Source: Heteronotia binoei
Taxonomy: Eukaryota
Assembly: GCF_032191835.1 (NCBI RefSeq)
Contig: NC_083226.1
Coordinates: 59,086,001-59,150,000, forward strand
Reading direction: 5' to 3'
DNA length: 64,000 nucleotides
Positions 45,238-59,356 of the stretch are shown in pieces (position 1 is the first letter of the stretch; every line of letters starts with the position of its first letter). Below the pieces are notes generated by a model. That model was not told where the DNA came from. It worked only from the letters and a program-made list of their open reading frames with translations, and made no database searches. A program made the translations under genes and the position numbers.

Positions 45238-46994
45238 CAACAACTTTTTATTTGCATCCCGCCCTCCCCGCAAGCAGGCTCAGGGCGGCTCACAACATGT
45301 GAATACAGTATACAATAAAACCATGTGCAATCAATTATAAATTCATATACAATTTCAATATAAAATCATCCTTAAAATCATTAAAATTACATTAAACTTA
45401 AGATTATGGTGCTATAATTAAGATCTTTCATAAAATCCAGTGATTAAAACATAAAACATAGAACATATCCAACAGGACTTTCTTGGTTCGGTTTATGTGA
45501 AGGCTATTTTAAAGAGGTGGGTCTTACAGGCCCTGCGGAATTGATCTAAGCATCGCAGGGCCCGTACCTCCTCCGGGAGTTGGTTCCACAGTAGGGGGGC
45601 CGCTACAGAGAAGGCCTGATCAGGGGGGGGGGACTTCAATCTGGCCTCCTTTGGCCCAGGGATATTCAGCTGGTTCTTTCTAGCGGACCTCAGCGCTCTC
45701 TGGGGTTCATGCGGGGAGAGACGGTCCCTCAAGTAGACAGGTCCTCGGCCATATAGGGCTTTAAAGGTAATAACCAGCACCTTGTAACGAACTCGGTATG
45801 CCACCAGCAGCCAGTGCAGTCCGCGTAGCCCCGGCTGTATGTGCTCCCATCTTGGGAGCCCCAACAGCAGCCTAGCCGCTGCGTTCTGCACCAGCTGCAG
45901 CCGCCGAGTTCGGCACAGGGGCAGCCCCATGTAGAGGGCGTTACAGTAGTCCAGTCTCGAGGTGACCATAGCATGGATCACCGTTGCTAGGTCCTGGCGC
46001 CCAAGGAAGGGGGCCAGCTGCTTCGCCCATCGAAGATGAAAAAACGTGGACTTGGCAGTGGCCGCTATCTGTGCCTCCATTGATAATGAAAGCTCCAGAA
46101 GAACTCCCAAGCTCCTGACTCTATGGGCCGCTTTCAGCGGTACACCATCAAAAGCCGGAAGGGGGATTCCCCCCCCCCCGAGCACCACGGCCCAAGCAAA
46201 GGACCTCTGTCTTCGTTGGATTCAACTTCAACCCACTCAGCCTGAGCCAACCTGCCACGGCCTGCAATGCTAAGTCCAGGTTCTCCGGGACGCTGCCAGG
46301 CCGGCCGTCCATTAGCAGATAGAGCTGGGTGTCGTCTGCATATTGGTGACACCCGAGCCCAAACCTCCGGGCTATCTGGACAAGGGGGCGCATGTAGATG
46401 TTAAATAACATCGGGGAGAGAACTGCACCCTGTGGCACCCCACACACTAGTGGGTGCCTCTGGGACAGCTCTCCCCCAATTGCCACCCTTTGTCCCTGCC
46501 CAATGGAAACAGGCCATTAGGATATCTGTCTGACTTCTGGGATTTCACACAGACACAAGAACCCTTTTGTCCTCCTCACAGTGTGCGCTTTGATGTTCTT
46601 TCTTAGAACCAGGAGTCTGCCCTTTGGCTCTGACAGAAATCTTCAGCAGAGTCTTTAACCTCATCAGCAGGGTCTTTAACCTCATTCTCCCCTGTGACAT
46701 TCTGTGACACAACTCTGAGAATCTTTCCAGAAAGAGCCACTGTTCGCTCCTTCTGACAAACAAACTCTCCACAAACGAGCTCTAATCAAACAACCATCTC
46801 TATCTCAGACAGCCCAGTCTGCAATCTCACTCAGACTTCTCAGTCTGATCTCCACTGGAACTAAATTGGAACTCAGGAGGTTTCTCTCTCCCTTCCTCCT
46901 TTAATTTGTTAAATTGGTTACCATGGAGGGGGTTAGCCAATCACAGTGAATGTCTCAACTGTCACTCACTCAGACTGCTTTCCAGTCCATCACA
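45045..46994 (+). mobile_element. Gypsy-type solo LTR (45045-45185 plus 46501-46994) split by an L2 LINE
   Basis: TGTGA...TCACA termini, with a 21-bp internal tandem duplication near 46640-46685. No TSD resolved; orientation uncertain. Confidence 0.55.
45186..46500 (-). mobile_element. 5'-truncated L2-clade LINE
   Basis: RT GVPQGAVLSPMLFNIY...YADDTQLY...LKLNPTKTE, then after a frameshift in a homopolymer run SRLDYCNALY...LQLVQNAAARL...APLLWNQLP. 3' UTR and (TGT/TAT)n tail. Confidence 0.95.
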
Positions 46995-47613
46995 AGTAGG
47001 AAAAAACTCCTTTCAATTCTGACATCCAGGATGTAGAAAAAGGAAATTCTTTCCAAATAGATGCTATTTAGATCCTACTGCAGATTGGAGAAACATTTGT
47101 TTGTTCAATGACCTATGGAAACAGGCCAATGAGGAATTTTATTCATATTTTAGAGTTTTTATGCAATCGCTAGGAATGAAAAAGTAAATGTTGTGTTTAA
47201 ACTGCTATCACTGAAAGCAATGCAAATGAATTGGTTATCCTTGGCAGGTCAGACTCAAATCTAAGGCATCCAACTATAGTATCACCAGAACTAGCCCAGG
47301 CAAGCATCTCCAGCTAGCAAGCATTTCTTTCTCTCTTTGGTCCATGTATCTTCTCCCACCTAACAAACATCTCAAAATTTGCCACTTTGTACAAAATTCT
47401 CTGCTACTGCCAACATCAGAAAAATCATTACTTTTTCATGTTACCATATCTGCTACCAAAAATACAAGCTATTATCAACATGTCAAAACAAAAACAGCTT
47501 GCTTATAGTAAAAATGAATTCATATTTAAATAGCTAAAAATTTAAAACAATCATAAAGAGTATACAGACGTGTATGTTGTCAATACATAACAATGTTGTA
47601 TAAGGAAAAAAGG

Positions 47614-47784
47614 CAGGGGTGGAATTCTAGCAGGAGTTCCTTTGCATATTAAGCTACATACCCCTGATGTAGCCAGTCCTCCAAGAGCTTACAAGGCTTT
47701 TCTTTGTAAGCTCTTGGAGGATTGGCTACATCAGGGGTGTGTGGCCTAATATGCAAAGGACCTCCTGCTAGAATTCCACCCCTG
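47614..47784. mobile_element. Palindromic hAT MITE, family B variant
   Basis: TIR CAGGGGTGGAATTCTAGCAGGAG; arms almost fully complementary. Confidence 0.9.
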
Positions 47785-48931
47785 AAAAATCTGGATCCTA
47801 AGCAGAGGAAAGCTCATTTGGAAAAACTTTACCAAAACAGTAAATACAGTTCTGGTTCACTTTGGAGATTGCTTTGGTTTCTTAGCAAAAAAGTACATGT
47901 TATGTTTTCAAGAGGTGAAAGTAATGCCTGTTATGCTCTTAAAACCAAAGCCTCAACAATCAAAACAACCTTCCATTGTAAATGCTGGTTCATGGATGTT
48001 GTCTGATTAGCCCAAACTCTTTCCACTTGAAATTCTCTGAGCATAAAACAAGCTTCAAATTTCATTAAAGTCAACTAGACATAAATGCCTTCAGGTAGAA
48101 AAGTATAATTTACTGAAAGGCCCTCCACTGTTCAGGATATGGAATTTTGGTTGCAAATACTAAATGTGTATGACTCTTACACACGTATCTCCCCCTCAAC
48201 ACATTGTTTCAAATTCTAATATGAACCAAATTAGACCAATTTCTTCTTAAGTGCACTGCAAGTGCAATTTCAATCACAAATAAATGCCTTTTCAGTGTCA
48301 TAGCTGAGATGTTTGAATGATTGTTCTTCCTCTGAGTAAAAAAAGGCATAGTATCTCAGGGTTTTGGTGATAGAGCCATCTTTAACATTGCCTTAAAAAT
48401 CCACTTGCATTACCTGATTTTGTGTGTGTTCACACAACTTTGTAAACATCCCACCACTATCTCATGCGTTTCCTGTTCCTAATAAGATCGGTTTCTCTCA
48501 CACTTTTTTCCAATGTGAAATGTATTCTCAACAAAACCTCTGGTCATAATCTGAATTAAGTTTTTTGCATTGGTGACGTCCAGCACAACCCACCCTCCAA
48601 GCTCTGCCCAGAAAGGGGTGGGCAGCAGGCTTGGGTTTGTTTTTTTTTAATCTGCATCCCAGTGGAGAAATAACTATGGGAAGGTGCCTACATTGAAACA
48701 AGCTGTTTTCAGTTTTAAAATATCAATGTGACTGAGCAAATAAATTAACTTTTCTGTTTCAGAGTTGCCACTTGATAGCCTCCTGTGATTGACACAGGAG
48801 TAAATGTACTGAAGCCAGTGGGGCTACTGTCATGCAAATCTGCATGTAAGGATTTTGCACTTCCACGGTGTTTTCCAAGGAAGAGAGGCAGAGTGAACCA
48901 GGCTGCTAAAATGCTTAAACACTTCAGCACC

Positions 48932-49297
48932 TAGGATTGCTGTTCCAATTCAAGAAATATCTGGGGACTTTGGCTGTGAAGCCAGGAGATATTGGGTGAA
49001 GCCAGCAGCAAGGTTGTGACAAGCACAACTGAACTACAAAGGGAGTTCTGGCCGTCACATTAAAAAGAACCACACACCTTTTAAATGCCTTCCCTCCATT
49101 AGAAATAATGAAAGATAGAAGCACATTCTTTTGGTGCTTATATAATTGGAACCCCTGGTCCAATCCTTCTGAAACTTGGAGGGTGCTTTGAGGAGAGGCA
49201 TTGGATGCTATGCTGCAAATTTAGTGCCTGTACCTAAAAAAACAGCCCCTCCCCCAGAGCCCAAGATACCCGCGGATCAATTCCCATTATTCCCCTA
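48932..49297 (+). mobile_element. Non-autonomous DNA transposon, same family as 14058
   Basis: CCAATTCAAGAAATATCTGGGGACTTTGG...GATACCCGCGGATCAATT alignment. Confidence 0.8.
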
Positions 49298-50626
49298 GAA
49301 TAGAGGGAACCCATGAGGGAAGTCCCACCAACTGTACAATCATCAGAAGTGGCACAACACACACAGATTCACTCTGACACTTCACTGTTTCATTCCTGTA
49401 AAGACCGCCAGTAGATCAAATTCTGATTGCTTCTTCTTGTTTGCCTTCCTCACTTATACTTCAGCAGACTGGCCACTTCATTAGGCTGTTTTCTTCAAGT
49501 ATGTGCCACATTTTTCCCATCAAATATTTGTTGAGTACTGGAAGAACACATTTTAAGATTTTTCACACTAGTTTAAAAATCTTTTCAGATTTTCAGGAGC
49601 TTTGCTACTGCCATAAGGACCACCCAGTGCTGAGTACACAACCCAGCTGTAGAAAGGGAGAGGGGATGTTTCATGATTGACACACAGGCACAGCAGTCCG
49701 TACTGTGCTAATGCGACCTTCTGAAAGCCAAAAGACCAAGGTTTAGATTCTACCCCAAAAAAATGTACACTTAATGCAACTTCTTTAACAACAACCAAAG
49801 CCATCATGCTGATAGCTGCTACAGTCACTGCAAACCTGAAGGTCATTTTTTTCAATAGCCTAACCTTTCTCTCTTCCTTTCCTTGTACCCAGCTCAGCCA
49901 GATCTTGCAAAGCAGTACTTAGGGTGTTGTATCAAGATAAAGCAACCATTCTCTTTCTTAATTTTTCTCCCTCTTCTCCGCACCTTTTTCATTCATTTCT
50001 TCTACCTTCACCAAATTTTTCTGTGCCCCCAGCCCTATTTTCACTTCTTGGTCTCAAGACCTTCTTATCCTTATTCTGCTTGAGAACAGAATGTATTTAA
50101 GAGTAGTATGTAGAAAACCTTTGATAATATTATGAACAGAAGGCACTGGGATTGCTGAGCACTGTACATTGCACTGATTCTGCTGGGCTTAAAAAAACAC
50201 AACCCATTGCTTGGACTGTGATTTTGTGCTTGATATCAGTCCTGCTGAGCTGGCATTGCCATTATGACACTGGGTTCTGATGGGCACCCTGAGATTGCAC
50301 TGGTATTTCTGTGTATTCTGTACATTGCACTGGTCCTGCTGGGCTTCATAAGTCCCTTCCCCCTTTTCAGTTTCTAGTGCAGAGATTCTCTGGTTTGACT
50401 TTAGACCTTTGGAAACAACAGAGGATGGGTGAAGCTTGTAATAATTATTTTGTGATGCTTTGGCTAATGTTAGATAGTAAAAGTTAGTACAAAGGTATAC
50501 TTCTAGATCTCAAAAATGCCATGTAAATGTTTGGGATGGTCAGCTTTTGAGCTTCAAAATGGAGAACAGAAACCCTTCCAAATGCCTGCTCAGAACATGA
50601 GTGGTGTGATGGATTTTTCTTCTTTT

Positions 50627-50765
50627 GCTGACTTATGGTGACCCTGTAGGGTTTTCAAGGCAAGAGATGTTCAGAGCTGGTTTGCCATTCCCTGCCTCCA
50701 CATTAGCCCTGTGTACCTTCTGAGATCTGATGAGATCATGCTAGGTTGGGGTTATCCAGGTAGAG
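50627..50765 (-). mobile_element. 5S rRNA-derived SINE with RTE/Bov-B-like tail, internally deleted
   Basis: Minus strand GATCTCATCAGATCTCAGAAG.TA..CAGGG matches 5S GATCTCGTCTGATCTCGGAAGCTAAGCAGGG, followed by GGAATGGCAAACCAGCTCTGAACATCTCTTGCCTTGAAAACCC. Confidence 0.7.
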
Positions 50766-51941
50766 TCCCTCCTCAATACAACAAAATTATTTTCAGTATT
50801 TTCACAATTCTTGAGCCAATTTATGGATTTGGGGGGAAGCGCTGGATGCCAGCTAAATAATCCTATAGTTCTTTTCTGAAATGCCTATTACTGTTTGCAA
50901 GTGGATTTTGCTATTCATACACAGTAAAAACCAGTTCCAAAGTGTGAATGCATCCAGCATTTCAGATCTGGAAATCAGTGATGAGTTCAGTTTGGATACT
51001 GCCATATGTATATGTGGGAAAACTTTTAGTAAGAAAAATATCAATGTGGTGACTGGGTTACAAAAACTAATCTCTGGAACCATTTTCTTCCTGAATAAAC
51101 AGATTTTTTAAGAGGACTTATAGAAGCCCTCTAGAAATCTTAGCCTTCTCTCTTTTCTGATATACTCATAGTTAAATACTGGGTCCAATACATGAGGAGG
51201 CACTGATCATGGTGATCACAGCTTTTTATTAGTGATTACAGCATATTAGGCATGAACTGAACTGGGAAACTAGGGGCCAACGGGGCCAACTATATACACA
51301 TCGGGTTCCCGTGCTGCCACACTATAGGCCAGTTTGAACCAGCTTGAGAACCTGTGATTGGTCGTGGAAGCACAGGAACTAGGATCCTGATTCTATTGTC
51401 AAAGGTAGTCCCAAGCTCGGTAAATGGCTCCAATGAACCTCTGCAGGAGCGCATGTGTGCACAAAACCCTGGACACAACATTCATGTTCTCATTTTCTCT
51501 TGAAGAAAGGGTGGAAAGAGAGTTGTGTGTATTTTAAATGCACTGGTATTTGACAATAATTTTAACTGAAGTACTTCTAGTTATCTTCCTGAAGCCTGTA
51601 TAGTTATTTATTTGGAGATATGAACTCCATTTTTAAGAGATGTCAGGTTGTCAAAATATATTCATTCAGGGACAAAGGAAATGTTAGAAACTACAGAGCC
51701 TAGAAGACCATGTTTTCACTGGTCAGCACTCTTGGTGCTTCAGACTGACTAGCCCGCCTAAAATACACAAAGTTTAGACAAAACTATGGTTGTCTAAATA
51801 TATTCCATTAATAAATTCCTTTTAAATAACTGTGCATACTGTAAAAATCTTTCTAACAAAGCTTCTATAGAGTTTACATATTTTATTCACTACTTTATCC
51901 ACAGACCTGGACATTTACGCATTAAAAGATTGCAGTTGTTT

Positions 51942-52371
51942 CAGGCCTGTAGCTAGGATTTTAAAAGTTGGGGAACATTTGAAAAAGTCAGGGGGCACTT
52001 AGCGGCTCCCCTTCCCTGGCCACCACTGCTGTGACTCAGGGTGCCCAAGTCAGGGTGACTGACCTTCCCTCGCACCCATGCCCTCCTACCACTGCCACCA
52101 CTACTTGAGGGGCTACAGGGGTGAAAGCTGAAAGGCTGGGGGCCACCCCCTCCCTCCCCCAATTTAAATGGCATGGGAGGGGCAGCAGCTGTTCTTGGGT
52201 ACCCCTCCTGTGCAATTTAAATTGTGGGGGGGTTGTGACTCCCAGCCTCTCAGCTTTCACCCCTGCAACGGTGGCAGGAGGAGGGAGGGAGAGACAGTGG
52301 CACCTGAGTTGGGACACCCAAATGAAGTCAGGGGGCAGGGCCCCCACATGTCTCCTGTAGCTAGAGGCCTG
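51942..52371. mobile_element. MITE with CAGGCCT(G/C)TAGCTA TIRs and an internal palindrome
   Basis: GGGGTGAAAGCTGA..GGCTGGG / CCCAGCCTCTCAGCTTTCACCCC inner arms. No TSD found. Confidence 0.65.
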
Positions 52372-54588
52372 GTTAAGACTCATATTTTTATATCCACTAA
52401 AAATTGGTTTCAGCTTCCTGATACTAATTCATTGCTTCAGATTCAGTCACAACATCTAGATAAACTTCTGCCTATGTTATATCCAAGATAATACGCACAT
52501 ACTATTGTTCACTATACCATTTCTGTGTGAATTTCAGCAGTAGCTTTCAGAGTTGTGCTATATCTTAACATGAAGGCAGCTGATAAGATTGGGCAAAATG
52601 TTTTGTATGGCATGCAAGCTATTCTTAGTCTATAAATGCCCATTAATCACTCAGGATGTCCAAAATAAATCCTATTTCAACTATGAATTCATTTTTCAGG
52701 CTTACAGATTTCGAAAGGAGTATTTTTATACATAGTTGCTCTTATCTGAAATCAACCATAAATAAACCAGCTGATATCAGTTCAGTATTTTGGCAAGCAG
52801 TAAAGACCATTTTAAGACAATTCTATCTTCCTCTGTGCAATTGGATTTCTGATGCCAGAAGAGACATTTGTACACAATATACAGTAACAAAAAAAGAAAG
52901 GCTATTAATATAGATGTGTAAAGAAGAAATCATGATGTGACAGCCTTTTTATGTACATCTTGAAACGTGGCTGCCTATTGTGGTCTATTCACAGCCAAGA
53001 GAGAAACATGAAGAAATATGTCCTACCTTCACAATAAGAAATTTGAGAAAGGCATTTTTAAAAAGTACATTGACTATATGTGCTTAAACCCATTCTTACT
53101 ACCCCAAAGAAAACAAAGCATGCCAGAGCTTGAGTCCTATGGCATTTCACATTCACTTTATGTCTGCATGCTTCTTGAACCCAGTCATGACAGAAAGCAC
53201 ATTGATCTTTTCTTGCTAAAAGCTTTCCCACATATATATAGGGCAAATAACACGGGGGATGCTTAAAGGAAGAAGGTGAGTGGAATCACTGCTTATGGTA
53301 AGGGGGTGACTGCAAGCAGCAGAGATCCCACTACTGCTCATCTTAGTCCAATTACTCCTTGGTCCCCCTCCTCACAGCATCATGAGCAAAGTGATCCAGT
53401 CTGAGTAAACTGATTTCTGACGAGGGCATATAAATATGTCTGTGCTCTGCATGTGAGGATACAAAAGGACAGCGTCCTTGGAAATCTAGACAATGTGGTA
53501 ACGCACAAACTGCTCTTACTCCTCACATCACAATGCCTAGCTTCAGTTTCCTACTGCTTCATTCTCCCTCCACTGTGAAGCACCTATGAATATGCAAGTC
53601 TGCAGTGGCAAGGCAAAACAGTAGTCAATGGAAGCCTAATCAAGGAAGGCCAAGCAAAGTATAAGATGGATAGTTACTCCATTGCTGACACCTTAATGTT
53701 AGCACACCAGGTTTAGGGAGCAGCCGGTGACAACAGATTATGGAGGTCAGAAGGTTCATACCCATTCTTCAGCTCTGTACAGGGTTGCCAGGCCAAGTCC
53801 AGCCTTGCAACCAGTGGGAGACCAGGTGGATCAGAGATATGGGAGCAGCTATCAGCAATGCCATAATGTCACGTGGGAAACTCAGACATGGTGTCACACC
53901 CCTCCAGGAATGCTTAGAAACTCTATGGTAAAATCACAGTTTTCAGCAATTCCTGGAGAGGACTAATGTCACTTGCAGGAAAATCTGCAAGTGACATCAC
54001 ACTTTCATCAACAGCGAATTTTTAATTGTTTTTCTCCTGCCAGTCACTAGAATGCCAATGGGAAGGCCCACTAAAGGAGGGAGATCTATCACTCCCCTAC
54101 TGGACATAATGCCTTCACTGTATCAACAATGAAAACTTTTTAAAAAATGTACAACCTACATAAAACAATGCCCATCATTTCTCCATATATCCATAGTCTT
54201 GCCTAGTTTCATCCCCCTTCCCCCAATTAATGGTTGTTGGTTTTTTTAGAAATGCTAGAACAGAAAAAATAAAACAACATCATGAGTAGACTGAATCTGG
54301 CAGATATATCTTTGAGGTAACTGCCTGTCAGAGCTGGTAATCTGGAGGCCAGTAGATGCAGAAAGGAAATAAGAAGGTAAGGCAAATGAAGAAGGTCATG
54401 CTCCTGAATGACAAGTGGGTAAGACCAAAAAGTCAGTTCAGAATCAGCAAATTTATAAAGCAAAATGGGATCCTATTGGCTTCTGCTGTTATTCTATTCC
54501 TTCTAGACTGGTAGCTGCCTGGTCAATCTGCAATAGTAGCATAATGATGCCTGGCCCCAGCGACCAATATCCCTTGTTTGATGTCTTG

Positions 54589-54720
54589 CAGGGGTGTCAA
54601 ACATCTGGCCTGTGGGCTGGAACTGGCCCACCAAGGGCTTCTATCCATCCTGCAAGCAACTGGCTCTCTCCTGTTTTCTTCCCTGGGGCTGCTGCCGCCG
54701 TGTCACAAGTTGCTTTCACC
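54589..54720 (+). mobile_element. hAT 5' fragment
   Basis: CAGGGGTGTCAAACATCTGGCC head, as at 7332. Confidence 0.7.
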
Positions 54721-55408
54721 TATCTCCCTCCATCATTTGTGGAAGAAACTAGTGATGGCAGTGAACTTTAGAGAAGGCTGGGAGGGATTAGAAACAAGCT
54801 GACTCATTTAGAAATTGCTCACCTACATCTCTAAATTTTGGCTTAATCCTCTCAGTTATTGGCTTCTCTACCTCCCACTTTTCCAAAGTTGCCAAGTTTT
54901 AAGGAAGATGAGGTGGAAATGGATAGCCCAGAAGTTTTGCGAAAATTAAAAACTCTTTCAGAGTTACCAGGTTTTCTGCTTCAGCAGGAGAACTTCCATC
55001 CCCTACTGGCCATTCCCACTAGGCAGCAGGAGGAAAATGGGGAAGACACAGCATCAGTTATTATCAGGGGTACAATGACATCTCTTCCAAGATGGCCCAA
55101 AGTGACATTGTATCACTGGGGCACTCTAGCATTCACAATTAAAACACAGAGTTTGGGCTTAATACTAAAGCATCCTTGGTGACACAATAATGTTACTTTT
55201 GGTTGCCCTGGAAGTTAAGCACCCTTTATTAGGTTAGTTTCCTGCTGGTTGCAAACCTTGTGCTGACAATCCTAATTTCTCGAAGTTTCTTTCTGTAATG
55301 AAGGCTTCAAAGTGTGGTTTAAGGCACTAGTATTATAGCTCTGTGTTCTGTCTGGCTTATTGACTATGGCAAAACTACAGAATTCTCTGTAAGAATACCT
55401 GGTTCTCA

Positions 55409-55672
55409 GACCCATTTCCCACTAGCCATATGCTTCTCTCGCGTTCCACTTCTCCATGGGACTGCCGTCGGATTTCACACTAGCTGCTCCAAGGCTGCAA
55501 CCTGCTTTGCCTCTTTCACGCAGCAAACAAGATCCTCTAAAAACTGGTTTCTGTTTGTTGCGCAAAAGAGGCGAAGTGAGTTGCAGCCTTGGGGCAGCTA
55601 GTGTGAAATCCGATGGAAGCCCCGCGGAGAAGAGGAATGTGAGAGCAGCATAAGGCTAGTGGGGAATCGGTC
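55409..55672. mobile_element. Palindromic Harbinger-like MITE (264 bp)
   Basis: TIR GACCCATTTCCCACTAGCC / GGCTAGTGGGGAATCGGTC, 3-bp TSD TCA. Confidence 0.85.
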
Positions 55673-57484
55673 TCATATAAGTACATGTTAAACAACATAA
55701 AGTCATCCCATTTTTAATAAAATGTTAGTTTTTTCTTTCCCTCAGTGAATGTGTTTAGTGTTTAAATACCATTTTGAAATATAGTGCTTAAACATTTGTA
55801 TTTGGCATGGGTTCTGAATACTTAATAGGGTTATTTTTTATTTACACTACACATGATATGGCTAAATTAGATCATTAAATTTTAACATTCCACAGAGGAA
55901 TGATAACGGTTTTCTGATGATGTCAGAACAGCAGGAATAAAACTTTTGCATTAACTGTTCCAATGTAATCAGCATGTTATTTTACTGTGCAGATGCTACA
56001 TCTCCAAATTAATACCACATTCCTCCATCTTTAAGATGACAATTCAATGACATATGCTTGAGAAGAAATTAAGATTCTTGCAGTGGGAGATAGCACACTG
56101 CTCTTTTCCACTGAAAAATTTTAAAAGACATTGATGCTTAGTATATAGCAAGTACCAAATACTAAATGTGATTTCTCAAAGAAAATGTTTGATAGACCTT
56201 TGGCTATGACCTCATACTGAGGGGTTCCCAAGCAATATTTCAACACTTTCAGACAGGTTTCCTATGCACATTTTGTTCTGTTCTCCACCACCATAATTAT
56301 TTTATTCCATTTTTCTGTTCTTCTCCCACTGGCACACTCTCCTAACAACCCACATTTAGTTAAAGAGGCCTGCTTGAGAACTGCAGATTATTATTGACAG
56401 CATACATGATAAATCATCAAACAAAAGCAAAAGTAAGGATTTAAGAAAACGAGAGAAGTAATCAAAAGGAGATGCCAAGCATTCAGAACACTGCAAACAG
56501 ATCTTCCAGGATTTTAAAAAAACAACAACACTACATGGCAAACATCCGTATAGCAGAGGGAAAATCCTAAAGATCATGCATCAAGAAGGAAATCTCTCAA
56601 TTTCCATAAAATTATATTTCTCTGGAAATTAGGTACACTTAAAAAAAAATGAGACTGAGCTATCAGAAATGGCAATACAGGCACCATTATTACACAGCTA
56701 ATTCTTTCAATGGAAATTATATATTTAAAAATGCAACAAGCAAATATTACTGCCTTGAAGAGGCACATTACTAAGATCAACGGTGGCAGTGAAGTCCCCT
56801 TGCTTGCTTCAAGCTTTGAGCATAAATTGCCTAAATATAAGAACATTTCAGAGAATTTACAAGGAATATATGTTGTAAGTCAGTCTTAAACTATTCTTTG
56901 TTCATTCCTTGGTACCTTTGATTTAGTGCTCTTTTTGGGGAAAGAAAAATATTTCAACTATGAACTGCAGTTGCTACTCGCCTGTCCATCACCCCTTGAA
57001 TAAAACACAAGTTATGGGTTAAACTGGGAATTTTATTTATATATAAGCTGATCTGCACCATCTCATTAACACATTAAAACATGGGTTGTATTATGCTTGC
57101 AAGCCCACCACAGCTCAGAGCCAGGTCCTGGGTCCTTCCATACCTTACATCATGGCCCACATGCCAGTGCATAGAGGGGAGGGAGGGCACATTCTAGCCT
57201 TTGACTGCAAAGCCTTAAGCTTCATCATATGCTCCCCCAACCATGAAGAGACCCCCAGCTGAGTCACGCACAGGTACCCAGTTTGCAGACCCCTCCCCAT
57301 CATTGATATCTTGGGGTGCTTGCAACTAAAAATCCTCTCAATCCATGCTTGTCCCACTTCCCAGTTAGAGTCTAATCAGCTTTACCAGACCTATTTATAC
57401 CTCACCTCCTCTGGCCATGCAGAGCAGATGAAAAAGGCCTCCCTCTTAGCCAATCTGAGTGAAGTCCCAAAAAAATTCTGCTCT

Positions 57485-57843
57485 GACCACACACCTTTTA
57501 AATGCTTTCCCTCCTTTGGAAATAATTAAGGATAGAGTCACCTTCTTTTGGGGCTCATAGAATTGGACCCCCTGGTCCAATCTTTTTGAAACTTGGAGGA
57601 TGTTTTGAGGAGAGGCACTGGATGCTATGCTGAAAATCTGGTGTTTCTACCTCAGAAAACAGCCCCTCCCCAGATACCAGTGGATCAAATCTCCATTATA
57701 CCCCATGGGAATCGGTCTCCATAGGGAATAATGAAGTGCCTAGCAGACATTTCCGTCTCCACCCCACCCACTTTCCGATGAGCCTGAAGCAGGAGGAGTG
57801 CCTCCAAACCGGGAGATCCCCTGCCCCCACTTGGGGATTAGCA
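57485..57843 (+). mobile_element. 3' part of the 14058/48932 transposon family
   Basis: GGGGCTCATAGAATTGGACCCCCTGGTCCAATC...GGGAATCGGTCTCCATAGGGAATAATG. Confidence 0.75.
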
Positions 57844-59098
57844 ATGAAAGTTAAACAACTACTGTGATATGTTGGCTACCAAAGTTTAATAAAACCATTT
57901 AAAAACCTTCATATATTTTAATACTTCATATTGTAACAGAGGTCCAATTCTAATATTCTCATATTACAATAAAAGTCCTATGAGCACCAGGATATAGGTT
58001 CATTTTGTCAATAGACTTCCTCGGGAGTAATCCTTTCTATATTTCTTCCAGGGTTCACAGCCTCTAATACCAACCAAATGTTAATGTGCTTCTGCAACAT
58101 CTCTCTCATTCTGGAATAAACCAAGATAATAACAAAAGATACCGCAAAGTTGAATGGAAATAAAAAATTCTTAAGTTTTTATATTGTAAAAAAACTTACC
58201 CCTCAATGACACTTAAGTGTATATATATATATTTATATAGGAGCTTGAGCCAGTCCAAACTTATTCATTTAACCAGATGCACAATCCTTCTGGAGTTTGC
58301 TGGCCTATAGCTCTTTACAATACATTAAAGGCAAACTGTTCTTTAGATGGCCAGTGCTCTTATACTCTTTATAATAAATTGTACATTCTTAATTTTAATT
58401 GCAAGCAAGTCATTCTTTTGAAAGCAAATTTAGCTCAAAGTCACGTGTATGATTTTAAGCAGGTCAGTACTGTGCCTATCCTGTATCCTAAAACTTCTTA
58501 GAATTTGCTGGCAATTGCCCTATGCAAAAGACTGAAAAATTAAAGACCAATTCTGATAATGCCATGCAGCTGTGTGTTACCTGTGAGTTTCTTAAAGGTA
58601 TAACATTGACAAAAATGTCTTCTAGATTAACAATAATTTCTTCGAGGCTCAAACCCTATAACCAACCGGAATACTCTTACAAGGTTACATATACATATAT
58701 ACATATATTTTTTAAATTAATTCCAATATTATACTTCTGCTCTGTGCCAAATCCCCAATACAGGCAGTATGAAGTTAGTGACACTGCTCGATTGCAGATA
58801 TCTTCCTCAATGCACCTCTGGCTCTGATCAGACAGCCCATAAGGACTTGGAGAAAGTGTCACCTCACTCCTTGGCTGAAGGGAATGGGCAAAGGTGTGTG
58901 TATGAATACTCAAAGAAAGTACAATTCTGATGCTGGAGAGAGAAGCAGACAGACTGTGCTTGGAATAGGCAGAAGCACCTTGGGAGAGCAACTCTCCATG
59001 GAAATCTGATGTGGGGTGGAAGTGCCTCAATGCTTCCACTTGCATTACTGTAAATAAAGCAAATTCTACACAAAACATTGTAAGTTATAATACATTAT

Positions 59099-59345
59099 GA
59101 CTGATTTCGCACTCATCTTACTCCGCCCTCTTGTCCTCTGCACGGCGTCCTCCCGATTTCCCACTATTTGCACCAGGGCTGCAGCAAACATTGCGGTTTT
59201 CGCACAGCAAATGGAAACTGCTAAAAACCAGTTTCCGTTGCTACGCAAAAACCACGATGTTTGCTGCAGCCCTGCCGCAAATAGTGGAAAATTGGGAGGA
59301 AGCCACGCAGAAAAGACGGACGTGAGGGCGGAGTAAGATGAGTGC
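59099..59345. mobile_element. Palindromic Harbinger-like MITE, right TIR truncated
   Basis: GCACTCATCTTACTCCGCCCTC / GAGGGCGGAGTAAGATGAGTGC with inner arms. Related in architecture to 55409. Confidence 0.8.
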
Positions 59346-59356
59346 CTATAAATATT

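Noticed and set aside
54859-55182. 107-aa ORF with protein-like composition
   Set aside because: Non-ATG start, no homology recognised, no splice context, and it overlaps repeat-like sequence.
55353-55373. WLIDYGK resembling the KDM4 exon 8 motif RWIDYGK
   Set aside because: On the wrong strand, and the similarity does not extend; chance. Exon 8 was not found in the window.
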